Source: an uncultured bacterium (GTDB lineage Bacteria > Patescibacteriota > Minisyncoccia > Phycocordibacterales > PALSA-1337). From it: DNA of 64,000 bases. Position 1 is the stretch's first letter; the number at the start of each line of letters is the position of its first letter. The translations under genes and the position numbers were made by a program. Shown piece by piece: positions 53,653 through 62,600 of this stretch. The notes below the pieces were generated by a model. That model made no database searches. It was not told the DNA's origin and worked only from the letters and a program-made list of their open reading frames with translations. Where the stretch lies: positions 65,078-129,077 of the forward strand of contig CAIMDG010000002.1 in NCBI GenBank assembly GCA_903839725.1, written 5' to 3'.

Positions 53653-54846
53653 CTATTTTATAATCTTCACGAATCTGCGCTTGCCTACTTTGAGTACAAC
53701 TGTTTCTGTTGGTGTGAAATTTGGATCAGTTATTTTACTATCGTCGTTTTTGACTGCACCATCGAGTACGAGACGTCTCCATTCTGTCTTTGATTCAACA
53801 ATACCTGATTTGATGAGAACTTCGGCGAGTGATTCATCTGCACCAAGCTGTATTTCCTGAATATCTTCAGGCACACCACCTTTTGCAAACGTCTTTTCGA
53901 AGGCTTCTTCGGCTGACTTTGCGGCAGGTTCGCCGTGAAAACGCTTCACAATATCAAATGCAAGATGAGCTTTTGCCTGACGTGGACCTTCTTTCATCAA
54001 GGAATCTTTTTCTGTTGTAGAAATACGAGTACAATTCAAGAATAAAGGTTCAAGCATAGGATCCGGTAGTGACATGACTGCACCAAATAAACTATTTGAT
54101 GGTTGGTCTATGAATACTCCTGTACCATTGCTTTTGGACATAAGCTCGCCTGTTTTGGGATTGGCAATCAAATTCAAAGCAATAACAAACTTGTCTTTAT
54201 TTTTCATACGCTTAAGCAATGTTCTTCCTGCAAGCGCATTAAATGTCTGATCTGTACCACAAATCTCAATATCAACATCCATGGCAACACTGTCATACCC
54301 TTGCATAAGTGGATACATAAATTCATGGAGATGAATCGGAGTGTTTTCCTTGAGACGTTTCGCAAACATGTCACGCTCTAACATCTGCTGAACAGTAAAG
54401 TTTGATGCGAGATTGACCACATCAGTAAATGAAAGTTTTGATAACCATTCTGAATTGTATTTTATAAGTGGAGGATTTTCTTTATCATCAAAATTAAGCA
54501 ATGGCTTCACTTGAGCTACCCAGCCAGCAACATTTTTCTTTACATCTTCAACGGTCAATTGTTTTCGAGTCGCAGCCTTATCACTTGGATCCCCTATTTG
54601 TGCAGTAAAATCACCAAATAAAATGATCACTTCATGCCCAAGCTGACGAAGTTCTTCGGCAAACATAATATTTTTTGCATGTCCCAAATGAAGAGCTGTT
54701 GAGGTTGGGTCAAAACCGATATACATACGGAGACGCTCACCTGATGTAAGCCTCTTCAGTAACTCTGCCTTGGTAGGCAAAATATCCACCACGGTTCCAC
54801 GTGCGAATATCTCTTCTATACGTTGTATATCTGTTATAACTTTCAT
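53653..54846 (-). CDS. tyrS: Tyrosine--tRNA ligase
   Basis: GFDPTSTALHLGH, YPLMQGYDS, DQTFN, MSKS, C-terminal S4 VGKRRF. Confidence 0.97.
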   Translation of the reverse strand: MKVITDIQRIEEIFARGTVVDILPTKAELLKRLTSGERLRMYIGFDPTSTALHLGHAKNIMFAEELRQLGHEVIILFGDFTAQIGDPSDKAATRKQLTVEDVKKNVAGWVAQVKPLLNFDDKENPPLIKYNSEWLSKLSFTDVVNLASNFTVQQMLERDMFAKRLKENTPIHLHEFMYPLMQGYDSVAMDVDIEICGTDQTFNALAGRTLLKRMKNKDKFVIALNLIANPKTGELMSKSNGTGVFIDQPSNSLFGAVMSLPDPMLEPLFLNCTRISTTEKDSLMKEGPRQAKAHLAFDIVKRFHGEPAAKSAEEAFEKTFAKGGVPEDIQEIQLGADESLAEVLIKSGIVESKTEWRRLVLDGAVKNDDSKITDPNFTPTETVVLKVGKRRFVKIIK

Positions 54847-54889
54847 GTCTCAATACTACCGTGATTTCAAGTAAAAGAAAATATCAATC

Positions 54890-55609
54890 TCAAGAAGTCC
54901 ACATCATTGCTTTTTCTGTAGGTTTTTCAACCTGTTGTATATTCCATTTCGGATTTTTTGTAATCCACTCTGAAATATCTGTCCATCTCAAATTATGGAA
55001 ACCGAATTGTTTTCCATATATATGATTATCACCTTCTATACTAAATTTTTCGGCAATCTCGGCTGGAGCAAATACGATGCCTGAATCCTCCATTAGCTTA
55101 CGGTCCCATACGCACATCACAACATCCTCCGGTTGATATACTTTGAAACGTCCTTCATTGGCCAATCGACACGAAGTCTCCAACAATTTCTTACTGCGTA
55201 AAGAAAAACCACCATTTCCAACAACGATTGTGTTACATAAGTTTCTTGGAAAATGAAACTTAGTAAACCAGAATTCATCACGAACAAGCCATGGTGCACC
55301 TATATAATCATAGGCAAAAAACTCATCAGTCCAGGAATCGGGATTCAAAACAAAACCATCCCATTGAACCAACAACACAAAATCAGTACTAACATATTTC
55401 ACCAATTCACGGATACAAAATTCAGAATATGCTTCGATGGTCCCGATATAAGGAATCTCAACTTTTCGGGGATCATTCGTTGGTAATGATGTGAGCAATT
55501 TTACTTCTGCAAATTGAATCTTATCTGAAGAAATATCGAGAGCTTTTTGAATTCTCTCAACATTCACACAGTCAATTCCTATCAATGTAACGTTAGATAA
55601 TGTTTTCAT
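54890..55609 (-). CDS. DUF5672-like (glycosyltransferase-like) protein
   Basis: VQWDG, YDYIGAPW, VGNGGFSLRS, PED, FGFH. Confidence 0.8.
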   Translation of the reverse strand: MKTLSNVTLIGIDCVNVERIQKALDISSDKIQFAEVKLLTSLPTNDPRKVEIPYIGTIEAYSEFCIRELVKYVSTDFVLLVQWDGFVLNPDSWTDEFFAYDYIGAPWLVRDEFWFTKFHFPRNLCNTIVVGNGGFSLRSKKLLETSCRLANEGRFKVYQPEDVVMCVWDRKLMEDSGIVFAPAEIAEKFSIEGDNHIYGKQFGFHNLRWTDISEWITKNPKWNIQQVEKPTEKAMMWTS

Positions 55610-55619
55610 GCAAAATATA

Positions 55620-55952
55620 TTAACTCTCAAGTATCTTCAATGACCTTCTCATGGCCACGAATGCGTATGCCCAGAGAAATGGTAGCCACAGCGGCATAAG
55701 ACCAAATAAACTATTTCTAACAAATACTTCAACACCAGTACTTATAAAAATAGATTCGGAAATAATCATTACACAAAAACCAAATATCAAAAAGACAACA
55801 TCATTCTTTTCTTTTTTGATAAAAAGAGAAATAGTTATAATCAAGATATATAAAATAGTCAGGATGTAATCATTTTTTATTACAGGAATCAATGCAATCA
55901 TAAGTAATACAGGAATTGATTCTTTGAAAATGTTAAGGATTTTGGTGAACAT
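55620..55952 (-). CDS. Small multi-TM membrane protein
   Basis: Four hydrophobic segments, MPLWLPFLW. Confidence 0.7.
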   Translation of the reverse strand: MFTKILNIFKESIPVLLMIALIPVIKNDYILTILYILIITISLFIKKEKNDVVFLIFGFCVMIISESIFISTGVEVFVRNSLFGLMPLWLPFLWAYAFVAMRRSLKILES

Positions 55953-56012
55953 GTTTGAATAGAGAATGTGAAATACACTAAATTAATAACGACACAGAAT
56001 ATATTGTAGCAT

Positions 56013-56756
56013 CTATCGTATCTTCCCCTTCCACAAATAATTCAGAACAGTCAAATAGTGTCCGAGGTACTTATTCTCGTGAACATGAGGATCCAAGCCA
56101 TGCGCTATCATTTGTTCAACCAATCTCTTACCAAATCTATATGGAATATTCACATCATATTTTGAGAGATGTATTTCAATTTCTTTACCTTTAAGACCTT
56201 GAAAGTTATTTTCTGGCGCAAGATCACGCCAAGCTTCTTTCAAAAATTCCAAAGTAATCCCCTGCTTTTCAAAAAGACGACGAATATTTTGAGTCTTGAG
56301 TCCATACCACATCGACTGTGCAAGATCGCAACCAGGAGCAACGAGTACGAGCCTCGTCACATAATCATTGTTATTTGCAATCATCGCCGCTTCGACACAC
56401 CCAATACTAATTCCGATCACTTGCACCTGTTTGTATCCATGTTGATGCACCATCTTATCAATATCCAATCTGACATGATCAATAACTTCCTTGAATGCAT
56501 CATGGGTATATCTATAGTCAGGAGAAAGGAGTGCTGACGCTATTTTATATTCAAGGCATGAATACCCTGCTTCATATATACGCTTTCGTACTAATTTGAA
56601 AAAATCAGCCTCAACTTTCCATGGAGGTATGAGAACACACAACCCCTTTGAATGTGGTGCGGGATAAAAATCACTCGTCAAACCAACATCACCACCGAAA
56701 TCAGTGACGATACCTCGAAAAGGGCCGATGATTCTATCTGGACTTAATAGAGACAT
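56013..56756 (-). CDS. Alpha/beta hydrolase-fold protein
   Basis: GISIG nucleophile elbow, D..IP, LGHY. Confidence 0.75.
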   Translation of the reverse strand: MSLLSPDRIIGPFRGIVTDFGGDVGLTSDFYPAPHSKGLCVLIPPWKVEADFFKLVRKRIYEAGYSCLEYKIASALLSPDYRYTHDAFKEVIDHVRLDIDKMVHQHGYKQVQVIGISIGCVEAAMIANNNDYVTRLVLVAPGCDLAQSMWYGLKTQNIRRLFEKQGITLEFLKEAWRDLAPENNFQGLKGKEIEIHLSKYDVNIPYRFGKRLVEQMIAHGLDPHVHENKYLGHYLTVLNYLWKGKIR

Positions 56757-56759
56757 ATA

Positions 56760-57515
56760 TTACAGGTGTAAATATTTATTTGAAAGTAAAAACGAAATAA
56801 TTGTTCCATAGTGTCCAAGAGACTTATTCTGAATAATCTCAGCACTAGGAATATGTTGTTTGATCTCACGAGCGAGCTTCTTTCCAAATCGAAAAGGAAT
56901 GATGAGGTCCTTTCTTCCGAGAATAATCTTGATCTTTTTATCTTTCACACCATCAACATAATGTTCAGGTGCCAATTCAAGCCAATATCTCTTCAGATAC
57001 TTTAATGTAATACCACTTTTCTTCATGACACGTTTCACTCGTATTGTTCGAAGACTACTCCAGAAAGATTCCGCTAGAGAATTTCCTGGTGCCACAAGAA
57101 TAATGTCAGAAATTAGTTTGTTATTATTGGAAATCATCATCGCAAAAACACAACTCAAACTAAGACCAACCATAACAAATCTCTCTATACCATTTTCCTT
57201 ATTTAGTTTTTCTAGATCCTTTCGTACATTTTGACTTACTATTTCAAAATATGACCGTGTTGCATTAACATCTGGAGATAAAATATCAGGTATAAGATTG
57301 TATTGAACATAGGCTAACCCCAATTTTTGTATCTTTCTTTTCATCGGTGAAAAAATATATGAACCAGAATGCCATGGTCCCATCAATATATATGCCACCT
57401 TACTATTCTCGCCATAGAAAAGACTACCCGAAAATGGATTTTGCAACTCTACTTCTTTACTCAAATTTTCTTTGTCGATCAAACTCGACCACGCCATTAT
57501 GTTGTCTAAATTCAT
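56760..57515 (-). CDS. Alpha/beta hydrolase-fold protein, paralog of the downstream gene
   Basis: GLSLS, LVAPG, LAPE, DLIIP, LGHY; ATG begins 3 nt after the tRNA-Ser(ACT) discriminator. Confidence 0.72.
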   Translation of the reverse strand: MNLDNIMAWSSLIDKENLSKEVELQNPFSGSLFYGENSKVAYILMGPWHSGSYIFSPMKRKIQKLGLAYVQYNLIPDILSPDVNATRSYFEIVSQNVRKDLEKLNKENGIERFVMVGLSLSCVFAMMISNNNKLISDIILVAPGNSLAESFWSSLRTIRVKRVMKKSGITLKYLKRYWLELAPEHYVDGVKDKKIKIILGRKDLIIPFRFGKKLAREIKQHIPSAEIIQNKSLGHYGTIISFLLSNKYLHL

Positions 57516-57518
57516 GTG

Positions 57519-57605
57519 CGGAGAGAGTGGGATTCGAACCCACGGTTCCAATAAAGGAACGGCGGTTTAGTAAACCGCTGCCTTAAACCACTCAGCCATC
57601 TCTCC
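57519..57605 (-). tRNA. tRNA-Ser(ACT)
   Basis: GGAGAGA/TCTCTCC, G73, long variable arm, GCGGT-TT-ACT-AA-ACCGC. Confidence 0.9.
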
Positions 57606-57718
57606 ATATTCTTCTCAATCCAAAAATCACAACTATTTGAGAACCTACATACTATACGAAAAATAGTGCCGATTTACAACATTCAGACAAAAAGTTTATG
57701 ATGGTATACAATTGATAC

Positions 57719-58195
57719 ATGAACATAAAAACAATATTTACACTAATCGGAGCCATAGTAATCTCAGAGCTTGCCGGCATCATTGGTTCCCTATTTACCT
57801 TTCAATCGATACCAACATGGTATACAACAATCATTAGACCAGACTTCTCACCACCGAATTGGATATTTGGACCTGTTTGGACAACTCTCTTTGTACTTAT
57901 GGGTATTGCTCTTTTCCTGGTGTGGCAGAAAAAGTATGCTCAGAAAAAAATCGGACTTGCCGTGGGTTTATTCTTTGTACAACTACTACTCAATACGCTC
58001 TGGTCAATCATATTCTTTGGTAAACACAATATTGGTGGTGCATTTATAGAGATAATTTTCCTATGGTTAGCGATAGTAGCGACGACCATCGCTTTTTTCA
58101 AAATCTCAAAGCCAGCAGGATATTTACTACTACCATACATAGCGTGGGTTAGTTTTGCTGGATACTTAAATTACATCATTTGGACTTTGAATTAA
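57719..58195 (+). CDS. tspO: TspO/MBR family protein
   Basis: WY..P..PPNWIFGPVWT, LNTLWSIIFFG, PYIAWVSFA. Confidence 0.93.
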   Translation: MNIKTIFTLIGAIVISELAGIIGSLFTFQSIPTWYTTIIRPDFSPPNWIFGPVWTTLFVLMGIALFLVWQKKYAQKKIGLAVGLFFVQLLLNTLWSIIFFGKHNIGGAFIEIIFLWLAIVATTIAFFKISKPAGYLLLPYIAWVSFAGYLNYIIWTLN

Positions 58196-58224
58196 GGAAT
58201 ATTTTATGACAGAATGGCACAACT

Positions 58225-58313
58225 GGAGACGTGGTGGAGTGGTCTAACATACCTCTTTGCTAAAGAGGCAGGCCTCTTATAGGGCCTCGAGGGTTCGAAT
58301 CCCTCCGTCTCCG
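58225..58313 (+). tRNA. tRNA-Ser(GCT)
   Basis: GGAGACG/CGTCTCC, G73, CCTCT-TT-GCT-AA-AGAGG, long variable arm. Confidence 0.95.
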
Positions 58314-58549
58314 CAAAATACCGAGCGAAGCGAGTGTATTTTCGCGGGACGAAGCGAGGCGACTGCTCGCCTCGCGTGAGGGATTCGAAAAGGTTGAGTA
58401 TATGGCGCGGAACGAAGTGAGCACCATACGAAACCTGTACCGAAGCTGTAAGCTTCGAATCCTGATTTAGGAAAATCACCTACTGGGCTCCTTCTTCGCC
58501 AATAGACCGAGACTATTCATGCATATCTATATAATGTATATTCTTATTC

Positions 58550-59402
58550 ATGAAAGCAGTGACTACAAAACAGCTACAGAAATTTAAAGACACCATCTGG
58601 TCCTACTACACACAGAACAAGCGCCCTATGCCCTGGCGTGACAATACTTCTACATATTATGTAGTTGTATCAGAGATCATGCTCCAACAAACTCAAGTCA
58701 GTAGAGTGATGCAAAAATTTCCTCAATTCATAAACAGGTTTCCAGATTGGCTGACACTTGCACGAGCAGAAACAAGAGATGTATTGCAAGAATGGTCGGG
58801 ACTCGGCTATAACCGTCGTGCTCTATTCTTGAAACGAATTGCTGAAGAAATCACTGAAAAAGGCACAACAAAAGGTGTACTACCAAAGACTGTTGAGGAA
58901 TTAGAAAAACTTCCTGGAATCGGACCAAATACTGCCGGCTCTATTCTCGCCTTTGCCTACAATAGTCCACACCCATTCATTGAAACAAACATCCGATCAG
59001 TATTCATCCATTTCTTTTTTGCTAAAATTGAAAAGACTTTTGGAAAACGAGCATGTAAAAAAATTCATGACGATGAATTGATGCCACTCATAGAAAAAAC
59101 AATGGATACAAAGAATCCTCGAGAATGGTATTACGCACTCATGGATTATGGATCACATTTGAAAAAACAATTAGCAAATCCCTCACGTCACAGTGCTCAC
59201 CACGTAAAGCAAACACCTTTTAAAGGATCAAATCGTGAATTACGTGCAGGAATATTGAGAATAATCATTGAAAAGCCAATGACTGAAAAGATGATCATCC
59301 GCTCATTTCCTTCTTGTAAGCCAGACGATATTAAAAAAAAACATAGAAGCTCTTACTACTGAAGGATTTATATTTAAAAAAGGAAGACGCTATCTTGTAT
59401 AA
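58550..59402 (+). CDS. mutY: MutY-like A/G-specific adenine glycosylase (HhH-GPD); apparent frameshift in the A9 run at 59333-59341
   Basis: MPWR, VSEIMLQQTQV, WSGLGYNRRA, LPGIGPNTA, ALMDYG; the alternative frame continues NIEALTTEGFI..YLV*. Confidence 0.85.
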
Positions 59403-59451
59403 AAAATTCACGCCAAGATATGCTCGGCGTGAATGACGAAAAAACGAACGA

Positions 59452-60027
59452 TCAAGATGTTGCCCGTTCAAAGAGCAACACACGTGAACCAGGAAGAAAT
59501 ATATCGGGGTTGGACAGTTCGTGATTCAACAAATTGAACTTCCGCCCCAACCTTTTTGACTGTTGAGACTTTTTTCGAGGAGCAACCTGAATCGTTGCAA
59601 CACAAACGATCTTGCGTTCTTCGCAATTGACGGGCAACAAGTTAAGGTGATGCCCTTCGAGTTGGTCACAGAAACTACGATTCAACAGTCCTGAATCGCG
59701 GTTCCGAACATCATGTTCGAGAATGTGAAGACATTGCCAGAGATTCATAGTGAGCCCATTGGCAATCAATGTCTCATGTTGCGCCTGGGCAGCTGAGGAA
59801 ATAGTAATGCCTGCAGCATGTGCAAAAATCTGGGGCAAATGTGTCATCTCTTCTGTCAGTTCATAGACGACGAGCCTGCCGGGTTTGCCGACAGGAACCA
59901 TTTCGCCCAATGAACAGAAATGATCAGGGTAATCCAGTAAGCGGTTGGTGGCGATAAGTTGCTTGACGCTGATAGGTTCAGGGTTGCCAGGAACATCGAT
60001 CGTAACAGGAATTTTTTTAATGCTCAT
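59452..60027 (-). CDS. Hypothetical protein
   Basis: ORF from MSIKK; upstream TTGACA-N17-TATAAA near 60114-60086; hairpin ATTCACGCC..GGCGTGAAT downstream. Confidence 0.6.
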   Translation of the reverse strand: MSIKKIPVTIDVPGNPEPISVKQLIATNRLLDYPDHFCSLGEMVPVGKPGRLVVYELTEEMTHLPQIFAHAAGITISSAAQAQHETLIANGLTMNLWQCLHILEHDVRNRDSGLLNRSFCDQLEGHHLNLLPVNCEERKIVCVATIQVAPRKKSQQSKRLGRKFNLLNHELSNPDIFLPGSRVLLFERATS

Positions 60028-60152
60028 GCTCAATATGTGGTTGATTGTTGTATTTTTGGAAAGGAACCAAAGAGAAACGGTCTTCTTTATATACCAGTAG
60101 ACCATCAATGTCAATCATCGCCCTTTTGAACAATTTCTCGTAGAATAGAGTC

Positions 60153-62492
60153 ATGAATATGTCTCCAGATATACGCGTTTCAGAATATTTCAGGCTCACG
60201 CCGATACAAAAAGACGCACTCAGAAAAATGCGTATCTCAACAGTTCATGACCTTCTCTACCATTTCCCTGTGCGTTATGGTGATACCGCCGAAACACAAA
60301 GTATCGACTCTCTCAAAAAAGGTGATACTGCCGTAATCTTCGGCAAAATTTCCGGCCTCAAAGCAAGTAAGGGATTCAAAACTAAAATGACCATGGCATC
60401 TGCCACTATCGAAGACGAAAGTGGTCGCATCCAAGCCGTCTGGTTCAATCAACCCTACATCGCCAAAATGACCCCCGAAGGAGCGTACGTCCGAATCGAG
60501 GGTAAGATAAGTCAGAGAAGAAGCAAACCTGTTAAACCTGCAGATGAGGTGAATCGTCCCCAAGAGATGATTGAAACCGACACTGCGCAGCGCGACGGCG
60601 CGAGCATAGCGCAAAGCCAGCAGGCTTTGACGCGCGTCGGTGGCAATCATTCTCTTGGGGACGATTCAAATAATCTCTACTTTTCTAACCCGAAGATCGA
60701 AGTCGTCGATAAATTACCCATCGGCGTCGGTGATTCCCTCTTCGGAGACCAATCAGAAGTTCATACCATGTACCCCGTGTATTCTGAGTCACGAGGTATC
60801 ACTTCTATTTGGATCTATCACGCCATTCAAAAACTTTTTAAATCAGGAGTTCTCGACACTATTCCTGAATGTATACCCGAACACATTCTCGAAAAATATC
60901 ATTTGCCTGGAATAAAAACGGCACTCATATGGATACACACTCCACTCAAAAATGATGATGCACTTTCTGCACGCAAACGTTTTTCATTTGATGAAATATT
61001 CACCATTCAACTCGGCAAGCAACAAGCGCGTAGAGCGTACGAGAAACATCCATCATTCAAGATCGACATTGAAATGAAACATGTCCATGAATTCGTGCGC
61101 CGTTTTCCATTCACGGCGACTGAAGCACAAACTCATGCAATCGAAGCGATCGTACACGATATGCAACGTGGTCAAGCAATGTCACGACTCCTCGAAGGTG
61201 ATGTAGGTTCAGGTAAAACAGCGGTTGCTGCCGCAGCAGCGTATGCAGTCATGACTTCAAAAGGAATCTTGTCTGAAAACCAAAATCAAGTGACTCACCT
61301 ACCACCTTCCACTCTGTTACAAATCGCATACATGTGCCCTACCGAAATTCTCGCAACGCAACACTTCGAATCATTTATCCAATATTTTTCATACATGCCT
61401 ATCCAGATCGGTCTCATCACCGGTTCAGGGTGTCGAAAATTCCCGTCAAAAATAAATCCAAAAGGTTGGACGGATATATCTCGTACACAATTATTAAAAT
61501 GGGTTGAAAATGGCGAGATCAATGTTCTTATCGGCACACACGCACTCATTCAATCATCAGTCGTATTCAAAAATATGGCGCTCGCCATCATCGATGAACA
61601 ACATCGCTTTGGAACTGCACAACGTAGAAAACTCATTCGTAAAGATTCGATTGCGCCACATTTACTCTCGATGACCGCAACTCCTATTCCTCGCACACTT
61701 GCACTCACTATGTATGGTGACCTCGATCTCACCCTTCTCGACCAAAGTCCTGCAGGTCGAAAACCCATCATCACCGAGCTCGTCATTCCTGCAAAACGAG
61801 ATGAAATGTACGCAAAAATACGCCATGAATTGGAAGCTGGTCGTCAACTCTACGTCATCTGTCCACGTATCAATGAGCCTGATCCTGATAAAGAAGCAGC
61901 TATCATTGCCAAGTCGGTCAAGGAAGAAGCCAAGCGTCTCAAAAGCCTCATCTTCCCTCAATATGAGATCGGCGTGCTTCATAGCAAAATGAAACCTGCT
62001 GAAAAAGATGCTGTTATGGCAGAGTTCAAGAATGGAACAATAGATATTCTTTGCGCAACATCAGTGGTTGAAGTTGGCGTGAATGTTCCTAATGCTACAG
62101 TCATTATTATTGAAGGAGCAGAACGATTTGGTCTTGCACAACTCCATCAGCTTCGTGGTCGTGTTCAGAGAAGTAGTCACCAAGCTTACTGCTATGCTTT
62201 CACTGAAACAACATCACAAAAATCTATTGATCGTTTGAAGTCATTACAAACTGCCAAGAATGGTTTCGAGCTCGCTGAGCTCGATCTGTCCGCACGTGGT
62301 GCAGGAGAATTGTCTGGCACGCGACAATGGGGAGTATCCGACATTGCTATGGAAGCATTACAAAATCTCAAAATGGTTGAAGCGGCTCGAACTGAAGCAA
62401 CACAACTGATAGATGAAGATCCTACATTGAAAAAATACCCACTTTTGAAACAAGCGGTTGAAGCACATAAGGTAACGAGTCATTTTGAATAA
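60153..62492 (+). CDS. recG: ATP-dependent DNA helicase with an in-frame palindromic insertion
   Basis: WFNQPY, GDVGSGKT, IDEQHRFG, MTATPIPR, QLHQLRGRV. Confidence 0.96.
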   Translation: MNMSPDIRVSEYFRLTPIQKDALRKMRISTVHDLLYHFPVRYGDTAETQSIDSLKKGDTAVIFGKISGLKASKGFKTKMTMASATIEDESGRIQAVWFNQPYIAKMTPEGAYVRIEGKISQRRSKPVKPADEVNRPQEMIETDTAQRDGASIAQSQQALTRVGGNHSLGDDSNNLYFSNPKIEVVDKLPIGVGDSLFGDQSEVHTMYPVYSESRGITSIWIYHAIQKLFKSGVLDTIPECIPEHILEKYHLPGIKTALIWIHTPLKNDDALSARKRFSFDEIFTIQLGKQQARRAYEKHPSFKIDIEMKHVHEFVRRFPFTATEAQTHAIEAIVHDMQRGQAMSRLLEGDVGSGKTAVAAAAAYAVMTSKGILSENQNQVTHLPPSTLLQIAYMCPTEILATQHFESFIQYFSYMPIQIGLITGSGCRKFPSKINPKGWTDISRTQLLKWVENGEINVLIGTHALIQSSVVFKNMALAIIDEQHRFGTAQRRKLIRKDSIAPHLLSMTATPIPRTLALTMYGDLDLTLLDQSPAGRKPIITELVIPAKRDEMYAKIRHELEAGRQLYVICPRINEPDPDKEAAIIAKSVKEEAKRLKSLIFPQYEIGVLHSKMKPAEKDAVMAEFKNGTIDILCATSVVEVGVNVPNATVIIIEGAERFGLAQLHQLRGRVQRSSHQAYCYAFTETTSQKSIDRLKSLQTAKNGFELAELDLSARGAGELSGTRQWGVSDIAMEALQNLKMVEAARTEATQLIDEDPTLKKYPLLKQAVEAHKVTSHFE
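60550..60668. repeat. 119-bp palindromic element inside recG
   Basis: 18-bp perfect terminal IR TGAATCGTCCCCAAGAGA; internal AAAGCCAGCAGGCTTT hairpin. Confidence 0.9.
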
Positions 62493-62495
62493 TTG

Positions 62496-62568
62496 TGCAC
62501 GCGGAGGGACTCGAACCCCCGACCGATCGAGTATAAGTCGACTGCTCTACCAGCTGAGCTACGCGTGC
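62496..62568 (-). tRNA. tRNA-Ile(TAT)
   Basis: GCACGCG/CGCGTGC, A73, GTCGA-CT-TAT-AC-TCGAT. Confidence 0.92.
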
Positions 62569-62600
62569 ATATAATTTCAAACAAAGTACTAACATAACAA

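Noticed and set aside
57516-57551. ORF start MEPWVRIPLSPH for the hydrolase
   Set aside because: It is the translation of the tRNA-Ser T-arm and acceptor stem.
60237-60650. Antisense and overlapping short ORFs, here and throughout the window
   Set aside because: They are shadow frames of well-supported genes and show no motifs.
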